Shown here one piece after another: positions 9,426 through 20,126 of a stretch of 64,000 nt of DNA; positions within the stretch are counted from its first letter, which is position 1, and the number at the start of each line of letters is the position of its first letter. The DNA is taken from NCBI GenBank assembly GCA_963796285.1, contig CAWCKW010000001.1, forward strand, positions 64,001-128,000, read 5' to 3'. The notes beneath the pieces are model-generated. The model saw nothing but the letters and a program-made list of their open reading frames with translations, was not told the origin of the DNA and did not search any database. Both the position numbers and the translations under genes were made by a program. Source of the DNA: Nitrospirota bacterium (lineage in GTDB: Bacteria; Nitrospirota; UBA9217).

Positions 9426-10841
9426 ATGCGCGAACTCACCAGAGGTGAAGAATTCTACGATGGTACTGCCCTGCTCGGCGATCCGGTCCATGGGTACATC
9501 TCGTTCACCACGCCCCGCGCGACCGGCGAGAAGACCGAGAAGGACCTGATCGACACCCTCTGGATGCAGCGACTGCGCCAGATCTACCAGCTCCAGAGCG
9601 CCCGGTGGGTCTATCCATCGGCGGAGCACAGCAGGTTCCAGCATTCGCTCGGTGCTATGCATCTGGCGGGCCGGTTCGCCCGTCACCTTTACCCGTCTCT
9701 CAAGGCCGCTGCGCCGGATTGTCCTTCGGCAAACTTTATCGAAGAACTGCTTCGCGTGACCGCGCTCCTTCATGACGTAGGGCATGGCCCCTTCGGCCAT
9801 TTTTTCGACGATAACTATCTCGAACAGTTCGACTTGACCCATGAAAAACTGGGGCAGCACATTATCAAGACCGAGCTGGCGGAGATCATCAGAGACATCC
9901 GGAGAAGTCCGAACGGTGAATTCGCAAAGAAGGAGAAGCTGGACCCCGAGCAGATCGCGTTCCTGATCGGCAAGGGAGTTCAACCGGCATCGACGTCAAA
10001 AAAACAGCAGTGGCTCGTATTCCTTCAGCCCCTTCTCTCGGGTATTTACACCGTCGACAACCTCGACTATGTCATGCGCGACGCCTACATGTGCGGGGTG
10101 GCCATCGGAGCGGTGGACATCGACCGGCTGATGTATTACACGTTCTTCACGGACAAGGGCCTCACACTCCACAAGTCCGGACTTACCGCATTGAACATGT
10201 TTCTGAATGCCCGGTTGTATATGTACACGAACGTCTACTACCATCGCACCACGCGGGCGATCGACGAGCACCTCAAGGAGCTTTTCAAGGACACCATGGG
10301 GGTGTTGTTTCCATTCAATCCGGTTGAGAACCTCAAGGCATACCTGGAACTGACCGACTGGTCCCTGCTCGAGGCCGTGCGGAAATGGGACGGCAACGGG
10401 GAAGGGTCCACAGCCGCGCTCGGACGGGAATGGGCGGCCATCCTGTCGCGTGAAGTAAAATGGAAAATGGCCTATGACGTTACGCTTTCGATGAAAACCT
10501 TCGAAAAAGGGAAGACCATCATCGACGCCAGGGAACTGGTGAGCCGCATCAAGAGGCACCTCTCGCCGAAGCTTAAAGACCTGCAGTTCAGGGTGGATAT
10601 GGCGAGCCAGGACCCGAGGCCGGTCAACCCGCTTATGATGGGCGAGCGGCAGATCCACGTGTTCAATCCCTCGACGCGTAAAGTGGAGAAAGAGCCGCTC
10701 AAGGATTTCTTTGACTATATCCCTGCCCGCGTTGTACAGTGCCGGGTCTTTACCCTGAACCACGACCACGATGAAGAGCTTGCCGAGATCGTTGAGAAGG
10801 TCCTCGGCATCCAGGAAGAGAGCATCAAAACCAACGTCTGA
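9426..10841 (+). CDS. HD-domain phosphohydrolase, dNTP triphosphohydrolase (SAMHD1-like) family
   Basis: DPVHGYI, QRLRQIYQL, EHSRFQHSLG, LLHDVGHGPFGH, DNLDYVMRD, MYTNVYYH. Confidence 0.88.
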   Translation: MRELTRGEEFYDGTALLGDPVHGYISFTTPRATGEKTEKDLIDTLWMQRLRQIYQLQSARWVYPSAEHSRFQHSLGAMHLAGRFARHLYPSLKAAAPDCPSANFIEELLRVTALLHDVGHGPFGHFFDDNYLEQFDLTHEKLGQHIIKTELAEIIRDIRRSPNGEFAKKEKLDPEQIAFLIGKGVQPASTSKKQQWLVFLQPLLSGIYTVDNLDYVMRDAYMCGVAIGAVDIDRLMYYTFFTDKGLTLHKSGLTALNMFLNARLYMYTNVYYHRTTRAIDEHLKELFKDTMGVLFPFNPVENLKAYLELTDWSLLEAVRKWDGNGEGSTAALGREWAAILSREVKWKMAYDVTLSMKTFEKGKTIIDARELVSRIKRHLSPKLKDLQFRVDMASQDPRPVNPLMMGERQIHVFNPSTRKVEKEPLKDFFDYIPARVVQCRVFTLNHDHDEELAEIVEKVLGIQEESIKTNV

Positions 10842-11084
10842 TCCATCCTCGATCGTGCATACGAAGTATCCTGTTTATAGCAGGATGCTGTGTATTCACC
10901 GCCATGATCAAGAGGCGGCGGTGAGAAGAGATATTATGCAAATGCTGCTGGCATGAGGCAAGGATGTCTGACAGACAAATGGGTGAGGTTGCCCGTTAAA
11001 AGAGGACCATATTCTTCCGGAAAAGGTAGCACGGTTAAACCTTCGGCTTAACTTCTCCCGGATCTTACTTATCAGGAGGGATGT

Positions 11085-11912
11085 ATGTTGGGAAATATAA
11101 GATTGTTGGTACTGGTTCTCGTGCTGGCGGTCACGGTTGTTGGTTGCAGCGGCGGGAATTCGAGCACCTATACGATATCGGGAACCGTTAGCTCATCAGG
11201 CGCAGGGTTACAAGGCGTTATCGTCATTGTAGCCTTAAGCGAGGTCAGTTCGGCAACGGCCACGACTGATGCTAGTGGAAATTACGCCATCCAGAACCTT
11301 GCGAAAGGTAGCTACACTATTACGCCAACGAGAACAGGCTATACGTTCAGTCCATCCGCGTTGACCGCAGTGGTAAACGATGCAAATGTGGGCGGTCAGG
11401 ATTTTATTGTCACAGCGAATTCTTCCCTCAACTGTACCGCCGGCAACGGCAGCGGCACGAATGGAATACAGTTTTATAATTACGGCATTATAGTTGCCCA
11501 GGATAGCTCATCTACTGCGAACGCAGCAGCAACCTCTGCGTTGACGTGGCAGGTTAAGTATCAAAACATTTATAATTTATCAGCCGATGCTTATTGCGGC
11601 TCGCTTCGTGCGCGTCTGTGGGCAGTACCTTATTCTGTCTCCAGCGGTGTGTTTGATAATGCTTATATTATCGGGAGCTTTTATCCGAGGTTCACAGGAA
11701 CCGGGGCGGCCAGCTCAGATCAATTATACGTTGGTTCCACGAGCGCAATCCAGGTTACCAGTTCGACGGCACAACAAAATCCGCCTGCTGGGGAATATTG
11801 CATAGTGGCCATACTTGAAGAGTACAACGACAACGGTGCTTATTGTTCCAGTCCGGATCACTATTGCGTGAGTGACTGGTGGCAGTCCGGGAACTCGTGG
11901 AGATTCTACTAA
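11085..11912 (+). CDS. Lipoprotein with carboxypeptidase-regulatory-like (Ig-like) domain
   Basis: AGGAGG SD; lipobox VVGC; ISGTV...TTDASGNY...GSYTITP; lower GC than flanks. Confidence 0.75.
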   Translation: MLGNIRLLVLVLVLAVTVVGCSGGNSSTYTISGTVSSSGAGLQGVIVIVALSEVSSATATTDASGNYAIQNLAKGSYTITPTRTGYTFSPSALTAVVNDANVGGQDFIVTANSSLNCTAGNGSGTNGIQFYNYGIIVAQDSSSTANAAATSALTWQVKYQNIYNLSADAYCGSLRARLWAVPYSVSSGVFDNAYIIGSFYPRFTGTGAASSDQLYVGSTSAIQVTSSTAQQNPPAGEYCIVAILEEYNDNGAYCSSPDHYCVSDWWQSGNSWRFY

Positions 11913-12114
11913 ACAAATTCTACCATCTGCGCTGACGCTTGATGAACGCTGCGGGCGTTTGCAGCTTATTGCATCTCAGTGCAGGTACAAAGGGTATAGG
12001 GAACCATAGCTCACGCACTCATAATCGCCGGGTGCATGCAGAGGACTCAGAGGGCAGTGTTGTCTCCTTTCGGCTGGTCGGTGTCTTTCGGGATGAATCA
12101 TTATTTCGTCCGAA

Positions 12115-12605
12115 TTATTTCCCCGCAAGTTTATGTTTTTGTCTTGATTGGTATATGATAATCGAGAGATATCCAACGACTCCAACATTCACGATCAAAA
12201 GAACGGCTTTTGGCCATGTTACCCCGCGGGCAATCTCGAATAGTTCGAGAGGAATGTAGATGCTGCCCATAAGAAGACCGAACCATTCGGCCCATTGCCG
12301 CTCATGCCAGAGGCCATATGCTTCGACGAAGCGAACCACAGCGTAGAGCAGGGCAGAGAGCGCCATGAGCCACAGTTGCCCGTTAGTCACGTGATCGGCC
12401 AGATCGAGAAATATCGGGGATAATGGCTGGCGGGATTCAAGTGGAAGTGCCGGACCAGCCGCTCGGCAGCCAAGTGAATGTCCTTATGAATGTACGCCAA
12501 CAACCCGCACCCGGTCAGCAAGACAAGCAGTCCTTTAGCCGCTTCAAAGACGGATACGACACGGAGACCCTCTTTTACCTGTCCACGTTTATTGCCCATT
12601 CCCAT
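12115..12605 (-). CDS. DUF2127 membrane protein (frameshift near 12410)
   Basis: LRVVSVFEAAKG in one frame; YAVVRFVEAYGLW..WAEW..IYIPLELFE in the next. Confidence 0.75.
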
Positions 12606-12796
12606 CACACACACCGCCCGTTTTAAAACACAAGTCAAATAATAGTATCTTTGATCTCCTCATGAAGAGTGTAACGTCATTGCCGGATAGTGCAGATTTG
12701 GGAGAAATACAACCAGACATCCCGAAGACATAAATTTATCGGAGAGTCAGGTATGAATGCTTCATTAATCATCATCCCCTCCATCTTGTAATCATT

Positions 12797-14224
12797 TCAA
12801 AAATGCATTGCATTCTGTATGATCGCGATCATCGGCCCCGGATACACCCCGAGCCAGATGAGCAGGATGACGAGCGCTGCGAGGACCATGCTGCCGGAAG
12901 GCGAAAGCACGGCTATAGTCTTGTCTTCTTGCTCCGAGTGAGAGAACATTGCGACGATGATCCGGAGATAGTAAAAGAGCCCGATAACGCTGTTCCCAAT
13001 CATCACAATAACAACCAGCCAGAGGGCGGATCCCACGCCTGCCGCGATGACGTAAAATTTCCCCACGAATCCGGCTGTCAGGGGAATGCCTGCGAGCGAG
13101 AACAGCATGAAGGTAAAGACACCCGCAAGCCATGGTCTTCTCCAGGCAAGGCCCTGATAATCGTCCATGCGATCGGCATCGCGGTCTTGTTCAGAGATCA
13201 CGGTGACCACACCAAATGCGCCGAGGGTGGTGATGAAATACGCCGTCAGATAAAAGGCGGCTGCGGTCATTGCCAGGGGGCCGCTTGCCAGAACGGTCAC
13301 GAGCAGATATCCCAGATGAGAGATCGACGAGTACGCGAGGATGCGCTTCACGTTTGTCTGGAACAGGGCGAGGAGATTGCCGGCGAACATCGACGCGATG
13401 GCGATGATGGTGAATATCGCGAATAGCGGCGTGTGGGAATGGATATCGATCAGGGTGAAGTAACGAAGCACGAGTGCGAACACCGCGCCTTTGGACACCG
13501 TGGCTATGAAGGCCGTCACGGGAGCCGGCGCTCCTTCGTACACATCGGGCGTCCACATGTGGAAGGGAACCACGGCGAGCTTGAACCCAAGTCCGACGAG
13601 GATCATCACGATACCGGCAAGGAACATCAGACGATGAGCTCCCGGACCTGCTGCGAAAGCAGCGATACCGCTGAACGCCATGCTGCCGCTTTCGGCATAC
13701 ACCAGCGCCATGCCGAAGAGGATGAATGCAGATGAGACCGCGGCCAGGATGAGGTACTTGATGCCGGCCTCGACACCACGGTCGCTGTGCCGGAGATAGG
13801 CTGCGAGGGCATAGAGCGAGACGCTTAAGAGTTCAATGCCGAGGAAGAACGAGGCAAAGTGAGCTGCTGCAGCGAGCACGGAGCAGCCGAGCGTGGCGAT
13901 GATCAGCAGCAGATAGAATTCCTCTCTATGTCCTTGTTGCATCTCAAGATAGGAATAAGAAAGGCCGGCCACGGCAAAGCTTGCTGCCACGATAAGACCG
14001 ATATAAAAAAGGGCGGAGTGGTCGACCACGAGAAGAGGAGTGACCAAGCGCGGGAGCGTGCAGGAAACGAGGGGAAGGCTTGCTGCCGACAGGAAAAGTC
14101 CCGAGAGTGTCAGGATGACAGTGAGCTTGTGGCTGCGGTTAAATGCGATGGTCAGCATGACCACAACTGCGGTGGCTGCAAGGATGATGAAGGGTGAAAG
14201 AGTCTGCAGGTAAGCGATGCTCAT
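12797..14224 (-). CDS. nuoN: NADH-quinone oxidoreductase subunit N
   Basis: EAGIKYL, FKLAVVPFHMWTPDVYEGAP, KRILAYSSISH. Confidence 0.95.
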   Translation of the reverse strand: MSIAYLQTLSPFIILAATAVVVMLTIAFNRSHKLTVILTLSGLFLSAASLPLVSCTLPRLVTPLLVVDHSALFYIGLIVAASFAVAGLSYSYLEMQQGHREEFYLLLIIATLGCSVLAAAAHFASFFLGIELLSVSLYALAAYLRHSDRGVEAGIKYLILAAVSSAFILFGMALVYAESGSMAFSGIAAFAAGPGAHRLMFLAGIVMILVGLGFKLAVVPFHMWTPDVYEGAPAPVTAFIATVSKGAVFALVLRYFTLIDIHSHTPLFAIFTIIAIASMFAGNLLALFQTNVKRILAYSSISHLGYLLVTVLASGPLAMTAAAFYLTAYFITTLGAFGVVTVISEQDRDADRMDDYQGLAWRRPWLAGVFTFMLFSLAGIPLTAGFVGKFYVIAAGVGSALWLVVIVMIGNSVIGLFYYLRIIVAMFSHSEQEDKTIAVLSPSGSMVLAALVILLIWLGVYPGPMIAIIQNAMHF

Positions 14225-15862
14225 TTTCCGCCTCCCTGATTGGAGGCAGGAAACGTCAAAATATTCACCACAGAGTTCACAGAGGTTTTTGAATATCTAA
14301 TAGATTTTATCTCGGCGTTCTCTGTAGTTATTTTATGAAGATTCATTGCGTTGTTATGATCTGGAATCTGAATCTCTCCGTGTTCTCTGTGGTTAACGAA
14401 TTGAATGGCATTTAGGAGCGGTTCGACTGTTTTCAGAACAGGCCGCGGGTAAAGGCCAAGCCAGAGTATCACGAGGACCATTACCGCCATCGAGCCTGTT
14501 TCGCGTGAAGAAAGGTCAATAAGCTTCAGACCATCTTGCCTCTTGCCATGGAACACGCGCTGGACGATCCAGAGCGAGTAGATCGCGGCCAGAACAAGCC
14601 CGCTGGCGGCGAACATGGTGATCACGGGGTGGGTCCGGTATGAACCGATCAGCACCATGAACTCGGCAACGAAATTGCCGAAACCCGGCAGGCCGAGTGA
14701 GGCAAGGGCAAAGACAAGACCGAAGCCGCCGAGTCGCGGCGCCGCTGACCAGAACCCGCCCATGCCTCCCAGCTCGCGGGTATGGACGCGCTCCTGGATC
14801 ATCCCGACGATGATGAACAGCGCGCCCGTGCTGATGCCGTGGGCCACCATCTGCATGGTCGCGCCTGAGAGGGCGATCTGATTCCCGGCGAAGATGCCGA
14901 TGAGCACAAAGCCCATGTGGCTCACGCTGGTATACGCCACGAGACGCTTCAAATCGGTTTGGCCAAACGCGAGCAGAGCGCCGTAGATGATACCGATGAC
15001 GCCCAGCACCAGCATTATCGGTCCAATGGTCGCAACAGCATCGGGGAAGAGCGGCAGCACGAAGCGCAGAAGTCCATAGGCCCCGGTCTTGAGCAGGAGC
15101 CCGGCAAGGACAACGCTTCCTGCTGTCGGTGCCTCGGTGTGGGCATCAGGCAGCCAGGGATGGAACGGGACGACCGGCAGCTTTACAATGAAACGCAATG
15201 ACAAACCCGAGCATGATCCAGAACGCTGCCTGGGAAGACAAGGCGATATGGCGCAGCAGCGAGTAATCGAAGGTATAAACGCCCGTGTCCTGGCCATGTA
15301 TGAAATAGAGTGCAAGGATCGAAAGGAGCATCAGCAGGCCGCCTGCCTGGGTGAAGATGAAGAACTTGAGCGATGCATAGACGCGGTTCTCGTGCCCCCA
15401 GATGTTGATCAGGAAGTACATCGGGATGAGCATCAACTCCCAGAAGAAGTAGAACAGGAACAGGTCCACGGCCAGAAACACGCCGAGGATCCCCGCGAGG
15501 ATCCAGAGCAGGTTCATGTGGAAGAACCCAACGCGCTCTCGGATCTCGGTCCAGGAGCAGATGACGGAGATGATACCGAGAAACAGGGTAAGCGCCACGA
15601 GTACGAGGCTCAGGCCGTCCATTGCGAGGTGCAGGCTGATGCCGAGCTGAGGGATCCACGGTTTGTTTATTTCGGTCAGCCAGGCGCTTTGAGTGAGATC
15701 GAGTCGGATGGCGGCGCTCGACCAGAATGATAACAGCAGGACGGCGTCGAGTGCGAGCGCGGCGAGGGACAGCCACCGGGACAGGGTGTTGTTCCTGTTC
15801 CCGAAGAACCATGCCAGCAGTCCGCCGATCAGCGGTATGATGATGAGCCAGATTAGGATCAT
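14221..15862 (-). CDS. nuoM: NADH-quinone oxidoreductase subunit M (frameshift near 15185; repeat-derived C-terminal extension)
   Basis: FFWELMLIPMYF, KLPVVPFHPWLPDAHTEAP, DLKRLVAYTSVSHMG split over two ORFs. Confidence 0.92.
14266..14395. repeat. 9-mer-periodic inverted-repeat element inside the nuoM 3' end
   Basis: accacagag-ttcacagag pairs with ctccgtgtt-ctctgtggt; an extra arm copy lies at about 14311-14329. Confidence 0.75.
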
Positions 15863-16236
15863 GTAGTAGCCCCTCCCTTGATGGGAGGGGTTGGGGAGGG
15901 TGATTTCTGAGAGCAGGTTCTTAGAATCATTTCCAAAACCCCTTCGATTTTTGTAAGTACTTCATGATTCCAGAATCTTAAAACAGAGAACCCTTGTGAC
16001 ATTAGCCAGATATCCCGATGTGAATCAACTGCTTCAGAATGCTGACCACCATCAACTTCAACGACTACAGCTTTTTCATAACATACAAAATCCACAATGT
16101 AGTTGCCGATTGGTTCTTGTCTCCTGAACTTCAATCCTTCAACTTGCTTAAAACGCAGGTGCTTCCATAAGAATCTTTCTGCGTCAGTAGCGTTTTTCCG
16201 TAGGTTTTTGGCCTTCTTGGTTAGATCAAGCGTCAA
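15859..16236 (-). CDS. DUF559 (Vsr-like) endonuclease-domain protein
   Basis: LRKNATDAERFLW, KFRRQEPIGNYIVDF, VEVDGGQH, VLRFWN; TGA overlaps the nuoM ATG. Confidence 0.88.
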   Translation of the reverse strand: MTLDLTKKAKNLRKNATDAERFLWKHLRFKQVEGLKFRRQEPIGNYIVDFVCYEKAVVVEVDGGQHSEAVDSHRDIWLMSQGFSVLRFWNHEVLTKIEGVLEMILRTCSQKSPSPTPPIKGGATT

Positions 16237-16279
16237 AATGCCTTCCCTCCCCAACCCCTCCCACTAGGGGAGGGGCTAC
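15866..16279 (-). mobile_element. Inverted-repeat-bounded DUF559 cassette between nuoL and nuoM
   Basis: About 35-bp terminal IRs (gtagcccctcccttgatgggaggggttggggaggg vs ccctccccaacccctcccactaggggaggggctac) bracket an AT-rich gene. Confidence 0.8.
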
Positions 16280-16283
16280 AGCT

Positions 16284-18175
16284 CTATTGAAGAAGCATCA
16301 CGATCCCCAAAAACACTACCGCGCCTACGACCATCGCCATCGCGTACCACCTGATGTTGCCGGTCTGGGTCTTACTCAGTGTTGTGCTCAGCACACGATT
16401 CAATGACGCGATGCCGGCATACCCGGAATCGATGAGATCATGCCTGCTGATGCGCGTGAGCCACATAAATGGCCGTATAAAAAGACGGTCATACATCGCG
16501 TCGAAGTCCCATCCAGCGAGCCAGAATTTTCTGATCGACTCGAACGTGCGTACACGGGCGATCCGATCAGCGTATTGAGGACCATCGGACAAAGAACAGG
16601 TAGGCGATGAAGATGCCTGAAAGGGAAACGATCGACGCGATGATCTGGAGCATGCCTTCACCGACGACGGGTTCAATGGCCTTTTCGCTGAACACCGTCC
16701 GCAGGAAGTTCGAGAACAGGGGCTGGTTCCCGAGCGTCTCCGGCAGCTCCACAAACCCTCCGATGATCGAGAGTACGGCAAGGATGATGAGCGGTGCGAG
16801 CATCTTTGCCCCCGGCTTATGGCTTACCGGTGTTTTTAATTCTCCAAAGAAGGTGAGGAAAACCATGCGGAAGGTGTAGATCGACGTAATGAACGCACCG
16901 AAGAGTCCGGCAGCCCACAAGGCCATGCTACCTGAACCGGATGACCAGGCTTTCCACAGGATCAGGTCCTTGCTGTAGAATCCCGCTGTCACGAGCGGAA
17001 GGGCGGACAAGGAAGCTGAACCGATCAGAAATGTCCAGAATACGGCCGGAAGTTTGTTCTTCAAACCTCCCATCTTGAACATGTCCTGCTCGTGGTGCTG
17101 GGCAAGGATCACTGCGCCAGCGCCGAGGAACAGGAGCGCCTTGAAGAACGCGTGTGTCATGAGGTGGAAGATGGCTGCGGACCAGGCGCCCACGCCAAGG
17201 GCCAGGAACATGTATCCGAGCTGGCTGATGGTGGAGTAGGCGAGGACGCGCTTGATGTCTTTTTGCGCCATCGCGCTGAGGCCCGCGACCAGAAGCGTGG
17301 CTGCTCCGAGGACAGCGATCACCGATTGCACAACAGGCGCGAGCTCGAACAGGACATGGGTCCGTGCAATAAGGTACACGCCGGCGGTGACCATGGTTGC
17401 TGCGTGGATCAGGGCACTGACAGGCGTGGGACCTGCCATGGCGTCGGGCAGCCATACCTGGAAGGGTAGCTGGGCTGATTTTCCGAGAGCCCCGCCAAGC
17501 AGAAGGGCGGCGGCAAGAACCGCGGTTTCAGAACCAACAGACCATTGTTTCGGGGCGAGGGTCATCAGCTCCTGAATATTCAGGGTGCCGAGGTTCGTGA
17601 ACAGGAGGAAAAGACCCAATGCCATGGCAGTGTCGCCGACGCGTGTCACGATGAAGGCCTTTCTCGCGGCACGGCCGTTTGTTGGGTCCGAATACCAGAA
17701 GCCGATCAGGAGATAGCTGCAAAGCCCGACACCTTCCCACCCGAGGTACAGGAGCAGCAGGTTGTCGGCGAGCACGAGGAGAAGCATCGAGCCCACGAAG
17801 AGGTTCATATACGCGAAGAAGCGGCTATAGCCCTCGTCTTCGATCATGTATTCCGTAGAATAAAGGTGGATAACCAATCCCACAATGGTGACGATCAGTA
17901 TCATGACCAGCGAAAGGGCATCGAGAGAGAAGGAGATCGGTTGCGAATATCCCTCGAACTCCATCCACGTCCAGAGCGTCTGGGTGATGGCGTGACCCTG
18001 CGGTGGATTGCCGATGAACTCGAATCGCCATGAGAACGGCAAGGAGCGCGGACATTCCCACCGAGCCTGCGCCTACGAAGGCGATAGTCGTCCTCGAAAG
18101 ACGGCGGCCTATCAGCGCCAGGACAAGGAATCCGGCAAAAGGCAGAGCGGGTATGAGGAAGAGAAATTCGTTCAT
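16284..18175 (-). CDS. nuoL: NADH-quinone oxidoreductase subunit L (two frameshifts near 18030 and 16585)
   Basis: MNEFLFLIPALPFAGF start; WEGVGLCSYLLIGFW, GKSAQLPFQVWLPDAMAGPTPVSALIHAATMV; QTGNIRWY C-terminus. Confidence 0.92.
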
Positions 18176-18184
18176 AGTCAGGTT

Positions 18185-18275
18185 GTAGCCTCCCCCTTTA
18201 ATGGGGGAGGTTGGTGGGGGTAAGTTCCGACTTTTCACCCTCCCCTCAGTCCCCTCCCATCAAGGGAGGGGATGC
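18185..18275. repeat. Empty DUF559-class inverted-repeat element at nuoK/nuoL
   Basis: gtagcctccccctttaatgggggaggttggtggggg...caccctcccctcagtcccctcccatcaagggagggg; same arms as 15866/16279, with no gene inside. Confidence 0.8.
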
Positions 18276-18277
18276 TT

Positions 18278-18589
18278 CTACCCTTTCATCCTGCTTACAA
18301 CATCGGTGTCCAGAGTCTTAAAATTATGGTATAGCTGGAGCACGAGCGCGAGCCCTACGGAAACTTCTGCTGCAGCCATGGTCAGAATGAAAATGAACAT
18401 GACTTGTCCATCCACCTGTCCCCATCGCGCGCCGGCGACCACGAAGGCCAGGCCCACCGCGTTCAGCATGATCTCGACGCTCATGAGCATGAACACGATG
18501 TTCCTGCGCACGAGTACCCCGATGAGCCCGAGCACGAAGAGTATCGCAGCGAGGATGAGGCCGTGTTCCATGGGGATGTTTTGAATCAT
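18278..18589 (-). CDS. nuoK: NADH-quinone oxidoreductase subunit K
   Basis: [25 protein letters not shown]. Confidence 0.95.
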   Translation of the reverse strand: MIQNIPMEHGLILAAILFVLGLIGVLVRRNIVFMLMSVEIMLNAVGLAFVVAGARWGQVDGQVMFIFILTMAAAEVSVGLALVLQLYHNFKTLDTDVVSRMKG

Positions 18590-18598
18590 GATGCTCCT

Positions 18599-19093
18599 TT
18601 AATGCTTGTGCGGCCTGCCGAGATGGTAGGCGCCGACCAGTCCTGCCAGAAGCAGCATGGACGCCAGTTCCACACCCAGTACGTACGGACCAAGCAATGC
18701 AATGCCTACCTGTTTGGGTGTGATTTCAGTAATAGCAGAGATTCTCGCGTGTTCCATGGTGAACAGATAGATCAATTCCGATGCAAGGAACAGGCAGAGA
18801 ATCGCCGGTCCTTTCCATATTCCCGGAGTAAGCAGCAGCGCTTCCTCTTTCGCGTGCGCTCCGCCGAGGTTCAGCATCATGATCACGAAGATGAAGAGCA
18901 CCATGATGGCCCCGGCATAGATGATGACCTCGAGGGCGGCGACAAAAGGAGCGCCGAGGATAAAGAAAATCATCGCCACGGCCAGAAGCGAAACGATAAG
19001 GTACAGGAGCGCGTGCACCGTGTTCGTCCTGGTGATGACCAGGAGGGTCGACAGGACCGCAACGAGAGCTGCAATATAAAATAATATTGTCAT
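18599..19093 (-). CDS. nuoJ: NADH-quinone oxidoreductase subunit J
   Basis: HALLYLIVSL, IYAGAIMVLFIFVIMML, VELASMLLLAGLVGA. Confidence 0.95.
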   Translation of the reverse strand: MTILFYIAALVAVLSTLLVITRTNTVHALLYLIVSLLAVAMIFFILGAPFVAALEVIIYAGAIMVLFIFVIMMLNLGGAHAKEEALLLTPGIWKGPAILCLFLASELIYLFTMEHARISAITEITPKQVGIALLGPYVLGVELASMLLLAGLVGAYHLGRPHKH

Positions 19094-19103
19094 AGTGAAG
19101 TCA

Positions 19104-19133
19104 TTCTTTACGACCTTCGCGCTTGGCGAGAAA
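19104..19133. repeat. Solo arm of the 9-mer class element at nuoI/nuoJ
   Basis: ttctttacgaccttcgcgcttggcgagaaa resembles the right arms at 47328, 49501 and 50458. Confidence 0.5.
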
Positions 19134-19140
19134 CGATTGC

Positions 19141-19656
19141 TCAGGGCATCAGGCTTTTCGTGTCCACAGGCATATCTTCATTCTCCGCCTCACCTTTGTC
19201 CTTCCCCTTGATGGCCAACCCTGCGACCCGGTAGAAGTTATAATCAGGATACTTACCCGGTCCGCTGATGAGCAGGTCTTCCTTTTCATACACAAGGTTC
19301 TGCCGCACGTACTCACCCATCTCGAAATCCGTCGTGAGCTGGATCGCGTAGGTCGGGCATGCCTCCTCGCAGTATCCGCAGAAGATACAGCGCGAGAAAT
19401 TGATCCTGAAGAATTCGGGGTACCGTCTTCCGTACGCATCCTCGGTGGCCTGAAGCGCGATACAGCCTACCGGGCATGCGACCGCGCAGAGGTTGCATGC
19501 CACGCATCGTTCCTCACCATCGGGGTCGCGGGAGAGGATGATCCGTCCGCGCCACCGGGGAGGGATGGTGGGCCTCTCCTCGGGGTATTGGATCGTCGCC
19601 CGCTTCCGGAACATGGTCATGAAGACCGTGTAGATCGATTTAAGAATACTGAACAT
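19141..19656 (-). CDS. nuoI: NADH-quinone oxidoreductase subunit I
   Basis: [12 protein letters not shown] and [12 protein letters not shown]. Confidence 0.96.
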   Translation of the reverse strand: MFSILKSIYTVFMTMFRKRATIQYPEERPTIPPRWRGRIILSRDPDGEERCVACNLCAVACPVGCIALQATEDAYGRRYPEFFRINFSRCIFCGYCEEACPTYAIQLTTDFEMGEYVRQNLVYEKEDLLISGPGKYPDYNFYRVAGLAIKGKDKGEAENEDMPVDTKSLMP

Positions 19657-19664
19657 AAATCCTT

Positions 19665-20122
19665 TTTGACAGGAGAACAGGATAAAATCTGATAATGCTA
19701 CTTCAATCGCCTGAGCTTGCGCTTGATTTCGACTTTATCTTCACCAAAGTTAATGAGAAGTCCGATAGGTTTCCCTGTCGCAACGAGATAATTCACTAAT
19801 TGAACTTCGTGTACCTTGACAAGCTGCTTTATGGCCTTCAGTTCGAGAATAACCGTATCGTTTACAATAAGGTCTGCAATAAAATCGCCGACGAGTTCGC
19901 CGTCATAATATACTTGTATGGTTTTTGAGTCTCGACCTTTAACGCTGCTTTTCGTAATTCAATAACCAAGCATTTCTCATAAACGCTTTCAAGAAATCCT
20001 GCACCCATTTTATTATAAACGCGATATGCACAGGCAATGATTTTTTCAGTCAGTTCTTTGTATTCCAATTGGCCTCCGACAGATTCTCGCTCTTATCCTG
20101 TCAATCCTGTTATCCTGTCAAA
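19665..20122 (-). mobile_element. Inverted-repeat-bounded GxxExxY cassette between nuoH and nuoI
   Basis: tttgacaggagaacaggat (19665-19683) vs atcctgttatcctgtcaaa (20104-20122), 18/19 complementary, 9-nt periodic. Confidence 0.8.
19698..20068 (-). CDS. GxxExxY (PD-(D/E)XK superfamily) protein, one frameshift near 19920
   Basis: GGAGG SD with TTG start; [10 protein letters not shown], then in the shifted frame [34 protein letters not shown]. Confidence 0.85.
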
Positions 20123-20126
20123 GAAC

